Origin: a virus
Virus record (IMG/VR): IMGVR_UViG_3300018080_000116
Location: 32,001 to 96,000 of that record
Strand: one strand, 5' to 3'
Length of the DNA: 64,000 nucleotides
Positions 1 through 9,675 of the stretch are shown one piece after another; position 1 is the first letter of the stretch; the number at the start of each line of letters is the position of its first letter. The translations under genes were made by a program, and so were the position numbers. Below the pieces are notes generated by a model. That model had not been told where the DNA came from and ran no database searches. It saw only the letters and a program-made list of their open reading frames with translations.

Positions 1-8
1 TCGAACGA

Positions 9-494
9 TTGAGTAAGCAGGGGCAGCATGAGATCGGAGTCTACGTCCTGGAACAGGACGTAGACAATCCTCAAGCCGATCAGCGCCACAAGTACGATTG
101 GACCAAGGTGAAGAAATTCAAGGCCGGTAATCGTTTTGTGGTAGGCTTTGACCAATTCGATCCCGACCTTGTGCAAGACATCCCCCAACTACAGGGCCGA
201 GGCAGAAACACGATCAACCCGATGGGCGGTGGTAGTCAAGTGATGGAAGGCGACTCCACTGGCATCTTCGAGGCGATCATGCCTCACTTGCGCAAACTGG
301 ATTCCAACAAGCGCACCTTGGGCGTCGTGCTCAAGGTGGAAGGGTCGGACATTTGTGCTAGGGGTGATGAAGTCCTGGCGTTCTTGATCGACCACGGCAT
401 CATCGACATCAAGCATGTGTCGTATGCTGTGGGCACAATGAGGGAGTGGAAGGATGAAGAATGGGAAGCCCATCGCCAGAAGCACGACCTGTAA
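9..494 (+). CDS. hypothetical protein
   Basis: 161-aa ORF with protein-like composition; start uncertain at window edge. Confidence 0.75.
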   Translation: MSKQGQHEIGVYVLEQDVDNPQADQRHKYDWTKVKKFKAGNRFVVGFDQFDPDLVQDIPQLQGRGRNTINPMGGGSQVMEGDSTGIFEAIMPHLRKLDSNKRTLGVVLKVEGSDICARGDEVLAFLIDHGIIDIKHVSYAVGTMREWKDEEWEAHRQKHDL

Positions 495-772
495 GAGAAG
501 CCTTCTACTCTGCTGAGGCTGCCGATAATTGGGGTGCTGGTGTTTACATGACACCGGACGGTCGAGAGGTTACGGCGACCGGCTTGTTCTTCACCCAAGA
601 GCAAGGTGAACGCAAGTATGGCTACCCCGACAAGGTGTACGTGGGCACGGTGCTCATGCCAGCGATTCGAGAGTTTGACGGCAAGCGATCCCACGAGTTA
701 GAAGAGCCGCCCGAAGACGTGCCCTTGTGGTACGACGAAGACTTCGAGCCCGATGAAGGGGACATGGAATGA
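461..772 (+). CDS. hypothetical protein, acidic C-terminus (true start may be ATG 548)
   Basis: TGA overlaps ATG of next gene (ATGA at 769-772). Confidence 0.65.
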   Translation: MGSPSPEARPVREAFYSAEAADNWGAGVYMTPDGREVTATGLFFTQEQGERKYGYPDKVYVGTVLMPAIREFDGKRSHELEEPPEDVPLWYDEDFEPDEGDME

Positions 773-972
773 ATGGACAGCCGAACCCACTGCCTGTAAT
801 CCTTCTGGTCATCGGTGGTGTCGCCCTGGCGATCTTCATTCTCCCGATTCTGCTGACGGTGGTGGTCGCCATCTTTGCGGCCCTGGCAGAAGTTCTTGTG
901 TACCTGTTTCCGTTCATCATCATCATCCTGTTGCTGATAATCGCCAAGAACGTGGGTAAGAGCGGCCCGTAG
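769..972 (+). CDS. small membrane protein
   Basis: 67 aa, almost entirely hydrophobic (two TM-like runs). Confidence 0.75.
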   Translation: MNGQPNPLPVILLVIGGVALAIFILPILLTVVVAIFAALAEVLVYLFPFIIIILLLIIAKNVGKSGP

Positions 973-1057
973 AGGGTCGCAAAGGGTTCAATGGGCTCAG
1001 AATACCCCCGAGCCCAACAGGCCCTTAGACGGCCTCCTGGGGCCTCTGAGAGCCTGT

Positions 1058-1086
1058 TTTACAATCCTTGGAGCCTGTACTACAAT
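1058..1086 (+). promoter_or_regulatory. class II sigma70-like promoter TTTACA-N17-TACAAT
   Basis: -35 at 1058-1063, -10 at 1081-1086; same motif recurs at 8567, 28196 and 29537. Confidence 0.75.
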
Positions 1087-1205
1087 TTCAGTGGCATGAC
1101 CGAACCGTTTGGCTCCCCGGCGTGTCTTAGATAGCGAAGCATGATAGCCGCCAAACCCCTCTGTTGGGGGATGGCACCGAATAATTTTGATAATGGACTG
1201 GACGC

Positions 1206-1685
1206 ATGGCACAGTACGTGAATGTTTCGCAAGCGGAAATGGAAGCCCATTTGCTCCCGCAGGGGTTTCACGCCCTTCGCCTGGAAGGCACCCGAGAGTT
1301 GGTCTACGGTAAGCGAGTCGATCAAGACGGCATCCAACTCTCCCTCAGAGTCTACACCGGCATCGAACCGACCGGTGCTTCTCGTGATGTTGGCCGAGAC
1401 GCCATGAGGGTCAACATTTTCATGCGAGCCGAAGATGGCCGCATCATCAAACTCGGTGGCTCGAAGCGAGTCCATCGTGTCGTCAATTGGCGCAAGAACT
1501 TGCAGGATCGCATCGACCGTTGGGTCGATTACATGCCCGCCGAACGCTGTGAAGTTTGTGGGCTGCCGATGCTCCCCCGTGAGACCAAGAAACGGCCCAA
1601 ACGCAAGTTCCTCGGTTGTGCCGGTTATCCCGATTGCGACAACACCCGGAACATCCCCAATGGAGGAAACAATGGCAGAGCATAA
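1206..1685 (+). CDS. protein with C-terminal topoisomerase-I-type C4 zinc ribbon
   Basis: CEVCGLPM...KFLGCAGYPDC matches the zf-C4_Topoisom pattern. Confidence 0.75.
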   Translation: MAQYVNVSQAEMEAHLLPQGFHALRLEGTRELVYGKRVDQDGIQLSLRVYTGIEPTGASRDVGRDAMRVNIFMRAEDGRIIKLGGSKRVHRVVNWRKNLQDRIDRWVDYMPAERCEVCGLPMLPRETKKRPKRKFLGCAGYPDCDNTRNIPNGGNNGRA

Positions 1686-2076
1686 GCCCGCATTTGATGC
1701 GATACCGCTCTACACGTACTACCTGTTTTGCGTCTGCAACCGAGGCTTCACCAACCTGCTCGTTGCAGCACTGCAAGGCCAACAGAAACCAAAGCGATTG
1801 CCCGACCTGGGCCATGCCTTGAACAACCCGGAAGACAACGAATTCAATCATCCCGATGGTGACTTTCTGGTCTCCCGAGTGTTTGGTCGTCAGGTGTTGC
1901 TCGTGCTTCGTGAAGAGTCGGCCCGAGAACTTCGCCGGATCATCGAGGATCGTCAACACGCCCAAGACCTTGAGCCGCCGCTGTATCAGTTCATGCTCAA
2001 GATTGAAGACTTCCTTCACCAGTTGCGGCAGTTCAAGGAACGCCGCAGTCAGTTCGTACCAAACGGAGATAGCTGA
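1672..2076 (+). CDS. hypothetical protein
   Basis: ATG 1672 after GGAGG; in frame with ORF 1435..2076. Confidence 0.75.
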   Translation: MAEHKPAFDAIPLYTYYLFCVCNRGFTNLLVAALQGQQKPKRLPDLGHALNNPEDNEFNHPDGDFLVSRVFGRQVLLVLREESARELRRIIEDRQHAQDLEPPLYQFMLKIEDFLHQLRQFKERRSQFVPNGDS

Positions 2077-2079
2077 ACC

Positions 2080-2817
2080 ATGCCGAAAAAGAAAGTTACC
2101 AAAGTTACCGCCGGTCTCACCTTCCGCAAGGTGATCGCCGACTGCAACGCCCTGTGGAAGGTGGTTCGCCGCCGAGGCACCGGCGTGTGGTTGTGCGAAG
2201 TCGTGAACGAACCCGTCCAAATCAAGGGCGAGACCTACGATGGTGACTATGCCGGTCAGCAAGACGTGTTCCAGGAGCGAGACATCCTGGCTGCCGTCAA
2301 CATGGCATTGCTGTTCGAGTCGTTGAGCGACAGTCACGATGCGTTTTACAAGGCGCTCGTGCCCGATCAGGTGGTTCACTACAGCAACGGTTCCAACCAG
2401 TTCGTTCGCTGTAAGGTCGTCAAGACCGACCAGGGCAACAAGTTGAAACCCATCGCCCTGGTTGGCGATTGGAAACACGACCTGCCTCGCCGGATGCGTG
2501 ATGGTTCGATCTACTACCCCCGCTATGCCCAAAAGATCGTCCAGGGTGGTGATGACGCCTTGATGGAACCGAACGCCTCGAATATCTACGAGTGCAAGTC
2601 ACACTCCCCTCGTCCCGACGAATCGGACCCGAGCACGCTGCCGCCGATCAGTCTGGCCGTGCCCGACATGACCGAGGCCGAAGCGGCAGAGGCCGCTTTG
2701 TGGCGTGCCGTTTACGACGTTCAGGAGGCCGTGAGGGATGGAAGCGGTGCCAATGAAGACCCCACCAAGCGGCTGCGAACGGCCCTGAAAGTCTGCCAGA
2801 AAGCCCTGGCAAAATAG
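2080..2817 (+). CDS. hypothetical protein
   Basis: 245-aa ORF with SD GGAG upstream. Confidence 0.85.
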   Translation: MPKKKVTKVTAGLTFRKVIADCNALWKVVRRRGTGVWLCEVVNEPVQIKGETYDGDYAGQQDVFQERDILAAVNMALLFESLSDSHDAFYKALVPDQVVHYSNGSNQFVRCKVVKTDQGNKLKPIALVGDWKHDLPRRMRDGSIYYPRYAQKIVQGGDDALMEPNASNIYECKSHSPRPDESDPSTLPPISLAVPDMTEAEAAEAALWRAVYDVQEAVRDGSGANEDPTKRLRTALKVCQKALAK

Positions 2818-2859
2818 AACGGAATCCAGTACAAAACAGGACGCCGCCGTGCTACAATA

Positions 2860-2993
2860 CTATTGGTGCAAGTCTCCGGTATCTGACGTTGCTTTTTGCT
2901 GCAACAGTCTGCTCCTGAACCCCGGAGACAGCAGAAACCGCACCGAATCTTGGACTAGCCGCCCGGCGTCGTTCGCCGGGCGGCACTTTTTTT
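2860..2993 (+). ncRNA. candidate small structured RNA with its own promoter and terminator
   Basis: TACAAT at 2853-2858; nested stems 2863-69/2940-46, 2872-79/2922-29 and GAC-GTTGC/GCAAC-A-GTC; ends in a terminator; no credible ORF. Confidence 0.5.
2958..2993 (+). terminator. intrinsic terminator
   Basis: GCCGCCCGGCG-tcgtt-CGCCGGGCGGC followed by a T8 run. Confidence 0.85.
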
Positions 2994-3003
2994 TGAAATT
3001 ACA

Positions 3004-3033
3004 CCGAACCTTTTCCGTTGAGTTGTGTATAAG
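3004..3033 (+). promoter_or_regulatory. class I repeated promoter element CCGAACC-N14-GTGTATAAG
   Basis: one of 18 copies; AT-rich upstream; gene follows. Confidence 0.8.
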
Positions 3034-3060
3034 GCCGTGTAACAGCAACCACGTAGGGAG

Positions 3061-4140
3061 TTGACCGTGGCAAAGAAAGCCTACCAGTACGACAAGTCGG
3101 CATTGCAGGAAGCGATCCGCAAGGTGGAGAGTGAGCAAAAGCCCGCCACCCACGGCGAATTGTGGAAGCTGGTTGCTGCCGAGTACAACATCGCCAACAA
3201 GCCTCAAAAGTCTCTTCAAGCAGGGACCGCTCGCAATCGTGCCGAGCAATGGAATTTGGAAGTCACGACCGCTAAGGGGGAACGTGGCCAGAAGCCCAAG
3301 GGTGGTTCTCGGTCCAAACCCAAGCCCGCTTCCAAGCCTGCTCAAGTCCACGATACCGGTGGTCCAGGTTTCAAGCCGTGTCACAATTGCGGCAAGTTCT
3401 ATGGAGTGCGTATTTCCCACTGCCCGGCGTGCGGTGCGAAGTACAAGAAACAACCCAAACCGAAGGTGGCCAAGAAACCCAAGAAACGGAAGCCCATCGA
3501 AGACTATCCCGTTTTTGATGAAGGCGGCAAGGGTCGCAAAGAGTGCTCCAATGACACTTGCGGCAAGTTCTACTTTACCATCCTGCCCAAGTGCCCGAAG
3601 TGTGGCACCGAGTATGTCAAACCCGATCAGGGCATTAAGACTTACGATGGGCCTGGGCGCATGCGGAAGCAATGCCCCGAGTGCAAAGTTTACGTGGGCT
3701 ACTCTGCCGAGAAGTGTGCGTGCGGCCACGACTTCGCCGCCGACGTGCCCGATCCCCCTGCTGAGCCCGAACCCAAGCGAGAGCCGAAGCATAGCAAGGT
3801 GGATCGGTGGTCGCAACCAACGAATATCGAGATCGAGGCCACACAATCGTTTCAGCGTTGTGGTTGCGGTGGTCGGATCATCCTGGCACCGGCAGGTGGT
3901 TCTCCCGCCAAGCTGGAATCCACCGACGAGGAAGCGGTCCAGGTTTGGCACGATAAGGTGATGGAAGACGGCCACTCCAAGGGCAACCACTACAGCCCTG
4001 CCGCACTGCGTTACTTTGTCGCCTTCTATCACTTCGACCGCAATAGCGACGAGTATGCAGAAGTGTGCGAAGTGTTGAGGGGCCTTTATGCCCGCCATGA
4101 CAACGAGCCTGTTGAAGAGGAAGAACTAATCGAAGCGTAA
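3061..4140 (+). CDS. Lys-rich protein with three tandem double-CxxC zinc ribbons
   Basis: CHNC..CPAC, CSNDTC..CPKC, CPEC..CAC; start may be GTG 3067. Confidence 0.85.
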   Translation: MTVAKKAYQYDKSALQEAIRKVESEQKPATHGELWKLVAAEYNIANKPQKSLQAGTARNRAEQWNLEVTTAKGERGQKPKGGSRSKPKPASKPAQVHDTGGPGFKPCHNCGKFYGVRISHCPACGAKYKKQPKPKVAKKPKKRKPIEDYPVFDEGGKGRKECSNDTCGKFYFTILPKCPKCGTEYVKPDQGIKTYDGPGRMRKQCPECKVYVGYSAEKCACGHDFAADVPDPPAEPEPKREPKHSKVDRWSQPTNIEIEATQSFQRCGCGGRIILAPAGGSPAKLESTDEEAVQVWHDKVMEDGHSKGNHYSPAALRYFVAFYHFDRNSDEYAEVCEVLRGLYARHDNEPVEEEELIEA

Positions 4141-4197
4141 TGCCACTGTGGCTTTTTACTTTCCCCGTCTGTACTAACTGATCCAGGAGGATACGAA

Positions 4198-4500
4198 ATG
4201 GCAGACATGCAGAAGCGACATCACCGTCTTATCTCTGATGCCCTGGTCGAGGGTATCGTGGCCTGTGCCGACAACGAGGTCATCCGGCAGAAAACCTCAA
4301 TGGCACAGAACGCCGCCATCGCCCGTGAGACCATCTTGTGTGCCGTGGCCCGTGACGTTGCCCGGTCGATGGCTGCGAAGTTGCAGCACACGAACGACAA
4401 CTTCGATACCAGGGCCGCAGGTACGTTCGAGAGCGACCTTGTGCGGCGAGTCTCGGAAGCCCTGCGAGAGAAGCGGCAGGCCGAGAAACCCGCTGCCTAA
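4198..4500 (+). CDS. hypothetical protein ending in -PAA
   Basis: SD AGGAGG; 100 aa. Confidence 0.85.
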   Translation: MADMQKRHHRLISDALVEGIVACADNEVIRQKTSMAQNAAIARETILCAVARDVARSMAAKLQHTNDNFDTRAAGTFESDLVRRVSEALREKRQAEKPAA

Positions 4501-4509
4501 GTGAACCAA

Positions 4510-4539
4510 GACTCGCCCGGCCACCGGGCCGGGCGAGTC
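4510..4539. terminator. GC-rich hairpin (CCCGGCC family)
   Basis: 13-bp perfect stem GACTCGCCCGGCC/GGCCGGGCGAGTC. Confidence 0.65.
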
Positions 4540-4558
4540 CCTTTCGAGGAAGATACCG

Positions 4559-4741
4559 ATGCCGACGATGGAAGAGAGAGCACGAGAACTGGAACGCCAA
4601 CTGGAACTGGACATTGCCCGCCTAGATCGTGAGTTGTTCGAGCACCTTGAGGCCATCATGGCAACCATTCGGCAGAAGGGTGCCGAGCGTGATCGTAAGG
4701 TGGCGAGGTATCAGACTGTTAAAGGTTTGTTGAATTCTTAG
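4559..4741 (+). CDS. small coiled-coil protein
   Basis: 60 aa with heptad-like pattern; SD GAGG. Confidence 0.7.
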   Translation: MPTMEERARELERQLELDIARLDRELFEHLEAIMATIRQKGAERDRKVARYQTVKGLLNS

Positions 4742-4769
4742 CACCCATTAACCAGGAGTCAAAAGCACC

Positions 4770-5729
4770 ATGAAAGTTTATGTAGTAGTTGACGGCGAGG
4801 GTGGCCTGCAAGAACCCGTGTTGGCCACACGCAGTTACAGCAAGGCCCTGGATGCGTACCACGGCATCCTGAAAGAGAAGGCCACCGAAGTACCGGACGA
4901 GGTTCCGCAGGACGACGTGAACCTGTGTATGGTCGATGGCAAGCAGTATTTGATCCACGACCAGTACGGCGAGCCGATTGCCCGGTTGTTTGAGTTGGAG
5001 ATCGAGGGCGATCCTCTCCCCGACGCTGAACTTCCCACTGGCCATATCTACGTCGTTGTGGAAAACGTGCCGGTCGCCGAGCGAGGCGAGTACAACGTCG
5101 AGGAAGCCCTGGTCAAGATCGTGGGCTACTTCACCGACGAGAATCAGGCCGAAGTGGTGGTCGATGCGCTGAACGCCAAGCACGTTGCCAAGCTGCGAGA
5201 GGATGGCTACGACGAAGACAACGCCGAGTGGGAAGAGGATCGGTTTGGCTTTGTCTTCCTTGAGCCCGGAAAACACGATCCGGCTGCTTTGCGGAAAATA
5301 AAATGCAAAACCGATGGCAAAGGGCCACGAGTCGTCGAGGCCGTTTTGTGTGATACCGAGCCCGACGATAAGTTCGACGTGGATGGTTACGTGCTTTCGG
5401 ACGGCGGCGTGATCGAGTGGCCCGACGATGACGGCACGATCCGACGCCGAGACGTTCACGGCAACCTGGAAGAGGTTCGAGAGCCCGCCGACGAAAACCA
5501 CGGCGAGTGGATGCACCTGTTCCGAGGCCGAGGCATCTTCTACATCGGACAACGTGTTCACGTGGATGGATGCTCGACTGACCCGGAGTGGCCCGAACGC
5601 ATCGCCAGTGATGCCACGGTCGAGGAAGTCCTGGGCGGTGAGTGCGAGGGTGAAATCCTCTTGGAAGTGGACTCCGAGGGGGCCACGATCCCGTTCGAGA
5701 TAACCGACGTGAGTGCAAAGGAAAACTAA
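4770..5729 (+). CDS. acidic hypothetical protein
   Basis: 319-aa ORF; SD AGGAG. Confidence 0.85.
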   Translation: MKVYVVVDGEGGLQEPVLATRSYSKALDAYHGILKEKATEVPDEVPQDDVNLCMVDGKQYLIHDQYGEPIARLFELEIEGDPLPDAELPTGHIYVVVENVPVAERGEYNVEEALVKIVGYFTDENQAEVVVDALNAKHVAKLREDGYDEDNAEWEEDRFGFVFLEPGKHDPAALRKIKCKTDGKGPRVVEAVLCDTEPDDKFDVDGYVLSDGGVIEWPDDDGTIRRRDVHGNLEEVREPADENHGEWMHLFRGRGIFYIGQRVHVDGCSTDPEWPERIASDATVEEVLGGECEGEILLEVDSEGATIPFEITDVSAKEN

Positions 5730-6131
5730 ATGCTCCCAAGAGTTGTTTACCAGATGACGGTCCACGGTGCCTACATCGTGGGTAGCTTCGCCAAGAAATT
5801 ATGCGGCGAAGACATCGAAGTCAACAACGACTTCGACCTGCTTGTGCCGTTGGAGAAATGGCAGACGGTCGCCCTGTTGATCCCGAATGATGCTCGCCCC
5901 AATAAGTTTGGCGGCTGGCGATTCAAGACAGACTTTCAGGGTGGCGAGGTTGAAGTGGACGTGTGGCCCGACACCCTGGACAACTACTTGCGGAACTGTA
6001 AGACGAAATACGGTGGCAAGGTCTACGCCGTAGACTTCGTGAACAACAGGGCCTTCTCTTCCGAGTGCGTAGACATCGACGCCGTGCTCGCCAAAGAGAA
6101 TGGCAAAAGTACCAAAGGGAAAAAGAAATGA
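5730..6131 (+). CDS. small nucleotidyltransferase-fold protein
   Basis: hG[GS] plus DxD motif: YIVGSFA...NDFDLLV. Confidence 0.6.
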   Translation: MLPRVVYQMTVHGAYIVGSFAKKLCGEDIEVNNDFDLLVPLEKWQTVALLIPNDARPNKFGGWRFKTDFQGGEVEVDVWPDTLDNYLRNCKTKYGGKVYAVDFVNNRAFSSECVDIDAVLAKENGKSTKGKKK

Positions 6132-6727
6132 ACAAGCTGATTGCTTTCCACAACACAACCAACATGATTACCACGCAGCAGTTGGACGATCTGATTAGGC
6201 GTTACGACGCCTTGAGCCAGACGGCCAATCACGACGAGGAAGCGTACAACCAGCAGACCGGTCTTGTGCAGACGCTCAAGCTGTTGGGCCTGCACGAGGC
6301 GTTCCAGATTCGTCGTCAGCAACTCGAAGACGGCTACGTGCCACGTGTGTTGATTACCGTCAGCATCGTGGGCGAGAAGGTGGCCGAGCCCACGTATTCG
6401 TTTGCCCTGTTTGCTCCCGATGGTATGAGTGCCGAAGATGCCATGCGTAAGCTGGAAGACCTGCGTGACGAGTACCTGGAAGGCAACGACGGTATCTTCG
6501 AGCCCGAAGGGTACGTGGACTTTGTGTCCGCTGTTGGTTTCGACCAGTACACGTTCTGCAATCATCTGGTGCTCGACATCAACGACAATCGAACACTGTG
6601 GGAAAACCACTACGAGTGCTCAAAGTGCGGCGAGAAGTGGACCGACACCCACACTTGCCAATGCAATGATCGTTGTCCGAACTGCAACACCGAGATCGAA
6701 CCAACGGAATCTGTGGAGATCAAATGA
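6128..6727 (+). CDS. hypothetical protein with C-terminal Zn-binding Cys cluster
   Basis: ATGA overlap; CSKC..CQCNDRCPNC. Confidence 0.8.
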   Translation: MNKLIAFHNTTNMITTQQLDDLIRRYDALSQTANHDEEAYNQQTGLVQTLKLLGLHEAFQIRRQQLEDGYVPRVLITVSIVGEKVAEPTYSFALFAPDGMSAEDAMRKLEDLRDEYLEGNDGIFEPEGYVDFVSAVGFDQYTFCNHLVLDINDNRTLWENHYECSKCGEKWTDTHTCQCNDRCPNCNTEIEPTESVEIK

Positions 6728-7128
6728 CCTTTACATCACAACATCCCGACTGCGCCTTCCTGGGCACCTACGTGCTCTACACCGGTGACCAGGACGACGA
6801 CCAAGCCGCAGTGGCCGAGATTCACTTGGCCATGAGTGGCGGCAGCTACGAAGTGTACGTGCAGTCCCATTCCGGTGGGACTCCGATTGCCACGTTCGCC
6901 AAGTACCCGACCTACGAAGAGGTCGTCGAAGCGGCCAACAAGGCAGGCGTTGCGCCCGAACCCGATTATGAGGTTTGCCCGCATTGCGGTGGGCCGCTCG
7001 AACCCGACGTGGAGTATATGGGCGAGGGTTACCAAAACATTCCTCGCAATGAGCAAACCCTGTACTGTGACGACTGCGATCTTGCAGGAACCTACGAAGA
7101 AATCCTCAACCAAGAACCCAACGAATGA
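6724..7128 (+). CDS. hypothetical protein with Zn ribbon
   Basis: ATGA overlap; CPHC..CDDC. Confidence 0.8.
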   Translation: MTFTSQHPDCAFLGTYVLYTGDQDDDQAAVAEIHLAMSGGSYEVYVQSHSGGTPIATFAKYPTYEEVVEAANKAGVAPEPDYEVCPHCGGPLEPDVEYMGEGYQNIPRNEQTLYCDDCDLAGTYEEILNQEPNE

Positions 7129-7150
7129 CGAAGTTTATAGGGGTTGAAGT

Positions 7151-7558
7151 ATGACCAGCTTGACCCAACTGCAAACTGTTCTTCGAGAAGTGCGTGATGA
7201 ATTCTTGGAAGGTCCAGAACTGCCAATTACTTCCAGGCAGATCAACAACGGTTGGTGCGCTGACTTCGCCACGATTGTGTGGGAGAGAATGGGTAGTCCG
7301 CTCGACTTGCATTTTTATTCCGACGAAGACCTGGGGGGCGCAGAATACACCCACACCTTCCTCGAATTAAATGGGCTTTATTTTGACTCTCAGTGCATTG
7401 AAGGTGTAGATGACTGGACGCAGTTGCCGATCTTCCTAGAGGGGGAAGTGGGGTGTTGCGACCAGTGCGGCAAAATCGTCGCCGAACATGAGACAGAAGA
7501 GGGCGCATTGTGTAGGGGGTGTTGGAACAAACGAGAAGTGGAGTGTGTCGTATCCTGA
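7151..7558 (+). CDS. hypothetical protein with Cys cluster
   Basis: 135 aa; CDQC..CRGC. Confidence 0.8.
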   Translation: MTSLTQLQTVLREVRDEFLEGPELPITSRQINNGWCADFATIVWERMGSPLDLHFYSDEDLGGAEYTHTFLELNGLYFDSQCIEGVDDWTQLPIFLEGEVGCCDQCGKIVAEHETEEGALCRGCWNKREVECVVS

Positions 7559-7607
7559 ACGGAATACTCCAAGGTGAGTCCGGTAATGACCCGAGAGCCT
7601 TGGGGAA

Positions 7608-7646
7608 GAGACTGCCGGGCTAGTAGCGCTCGATCCCGGCAGTCTC
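7608..7646. terminator. GC-rich hairpin
   Basis: 12-bp stem GAGACTGCCGGG/CCCGGCAGTCTC. Confidence 0.55.
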
Positions 7647-7687
7647 GAAACCCGTTCTAAATTTCACAACGATTGGAGGAATTGGAA

Positions 7688-8371
7688 ATGAGAAACCTTG
7701 TTCATTTGGTGTGTCTCGTCGTCATCTTGCTGGCCAGCCATTACGGTGCCTACAACGAAGGGCTGAGCGATGGTCTTCGTTCCCACGTCGAGTTGGACGA
7801 GCCGACGCAGACCTACACGTGCCCGCCCATCGTCGTCGAGTTAGGTGAACCGACGCAAACCTACAGCACGCCCGATCTGCAACACGAACCGTTGTTCACG
7901 CCGACCGACCTGGACGAAGTGTTCAAGAATGAGAACCCGTACCGCATCCGCAGCATCTTCGATCCCGAGTACGAACCCGACCCCGAAGTCAAGCGGCTGC
8001 CGCCTGTTGAAGACGAGGCCGAGCCCCCGAAGCGTGAGCGAGGGGGCTGTACCGGACCCGTGGAGAATTTGTGTCAGCAGCACAAGTTGCCGAGTTGGTA
8101 CGAACCGGTTTATTGGGGATACGATGACATCGAACCGAGGCTCGTTGGCGGTGGTCTACGACCGATTGCGAAAGAGCCCGGCGTGATCCTCAGTGGCCAT
8201 CCACACGCCATGATCCGAGTCACACAGTATGAGTGGAATCTGATTAACCTGCGACGTGCGCAGTATTATGCTGATCCGCTCACTCGACTGGAAGAACAAC
8301 GCCAAGACTACGACATGGTTCGCATGGACAACCACGGCCAAGTGTGCTGGTGGACGAGGAACGGAAAGTGA
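7688..8371 (+). CDS. secreted or membrane-anchored hypothetical protein
   Basis: N-terminal hydrophobic signal MRNLVHLVCLVVILLAS; SD GGAGG. Confidence 0.8.
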   Translation: MRNLVHLVCLVVILLASHYGAYNEGLSDGLRSHVELDEPTQTYTCPPIVVELGEPTQTYSTPDLQHEPLFTPTDLDEVFKNENPYRIRSIFDPEYEPDPEVKRLPPVEDEAEPPKRERGGCTGPVENLCQQHKLPSWYEPVYWGYDDIEPRLVGGGLRPIAKEPGVILSGHPHAMIRVTQYEWNLINLRRAQYYADPLTRLEEQRQDYDMVRMDNHGQVCWWTRNGK

Positions 8372-8565
8372 AGACGATCCGAGTTGAAGTGCAACTAAGC
8401 GACGAAGACCTTGCGGCCTTCCTCCACTATCACCAGTTGGTGTATGGCGAGAAGCCAAAGGATGTTCGCAAGGCTCTTCGTCGCCGGTTGGGCGATGCCA
8501 TTGACGCAACAGTGAACGACTGGCACGTCCAAATGGAAGAGAATCCCATCGGCGAAGACGATTAA
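8368..8565 (+). CDS. small hypothetical protein
   Basis: GTGA overlap with previous stop. Confidence 0.65.
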   Translation: MKTIRVEVQLSDEDLAAFLHYHQLVYGEKPKDVRKALRRRLGDAIDATVNDWHVQMEENPIGEDD

Positions 8566-8566
8566 G

Positions 8567-8595
8567 TTTACATTCGCCTTTTGCTGGGCTACAAT
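8567..8595 (+). promoter_or_regulatory. class II sigma70-like promoter TTTACA-N17-TACAAT
   Basis: exact spacing; directly after stop codon 8565. Confidence 0.8.
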
Positions 8596-8617
8596 TTAAA
8601 GACAAGGGGAACCCACG

Positions 8618-8869
8618 ATGCCGAAACCGCACGGACCAAAAGACGAATTGCTCGAATCAGCGGAGATCGACGCCCTGGTTCAAGACTTGTTGAAGGGCGA
8701 CAAGCCCACCAGAACCGAAGCGGCCCGGCGAGTCAAGCAAGACCTTTGCCCCGTTGACATCGTGCGTGTGTGCATCGAAGTCTCCTGTCAGTCGCCACCC
8801 GATAACAATTGTCTGACGCACGACAACCTTACCGTTCTTGCGAACCGGATGAACCATGACGTGCCCTAA
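8618..8869 (+). CDS. hypothetical protein
   Basis: first gene after class II promoter. Confidence 0.75.
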   Translation: MPKPHGPKDELLESAEIDALVQDLLKGDKPTRTEAARRVKQDLCPVDIVRVCIEVSCQSPPDNNCLTHDNLTVLANRMNHDVP

Positions 8870-8883
8870 GTGTGGAAAAGACC

Positions 8884-9132
8884 ATGCCAGCCGACGCCCA
8901 TGCGGACCAATGTCAATCGACCCTGCCACCATACGTGCAGCAGTTCGTAGACTCACACAAGGTTCATCGAGTGCAACAGGCAGCGCCGAACCTCAACGTG
9001 TGGATTGTCGAGTGGGAGTGGACCGGCAGGCCGGTTCAAGACGTGGTTTATCTGGCGTGCAACAGCGAAGGCGAGTGGCTTAACTTCAGCGGCAGTTACT
9101 ACAGTCAAGCCTGCGATCATGCAAGGAAATAA
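8884..9132 (+). CDS. hypothetical protein
   Basis: codon usage favours this frame over 8856..9083. Confidence 0.65.
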   Translation: MPADAHADQCQSTLPPYVQQFVDSHKVHRVQQAAPNLNVWIVEWEWTGRPVQDVVYLACNSEGEWLNFSGSYYSQACDHARK

Positions 9133-9642
9133 GTGATGCCACGATTGCGAATGACTAAGGCTAGGATTGAAATGCTTGTGCAGAAGCGGCATCGTTTCTG
9201 CATCGAACTGAATCCCCGAGCCAAAACCGCCAAGGGTAAGTTTGCCCGACTGTGGGAACTGCGAGCACTCACCAGCAAGATAAAGACTCGACCCGGTTTT
9301 TGGCGAACCTCGGTCGTCTTCCAAGCCGAAACATTGAGAGAAGTGGCGGCGAAGGCCAAAGAGCTATTGGGTGCCGACACGTTTTTGTGCTACTTCCATC
9401 GCTTCGCCCTGCCGGTGCCGGATGGTCGATACATGCGGTTTCACTGCATGGAAGACTTGGCGGAATATCGAAACGCCCACCCCGACGTGGAATTCGGCCA
9501 TTGGAAATCAGACACGGCCATTTCGTTGCCCATGTATTTGGATGACAAGAACGTGTTTGATAAACACGATGCAGAAGAGTGTGCGGCAGGTGGCGAAAAG
9601 ATAGGTCCAAGACCTGGGCCGTCCCCATACGACGAAGACTGA
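9133..9642 (+). CDS. hypothetical protein
   Basis: 169-aa ORF abutting previous stop. Confidence 0.8.
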   Translation: MMPRLRMTKARIEMLVQKRHRFCIELNPRAKTAKGKFARLWELRALTSKIKTRPGFWRTSVVFQAETLREVAAKAKELLGADTFLCYFHRFALPVPDGRYMRFHCMEDLAEYRNAHPDVEFGHWKSDTAISLPMYLDDKNVFDKHDAEECAAGGEKIGPRPGPSPYDED

Positions 9643-9675
9643 AATTTATTCTCCCCAAACCGTGAGGCAGTTGCC

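Noticed and set aside
8856-9083. ORF starting MTCPKCGK
   Set aside because: Codon usage and amino-acid content favour the overlapping frame 8884..9132
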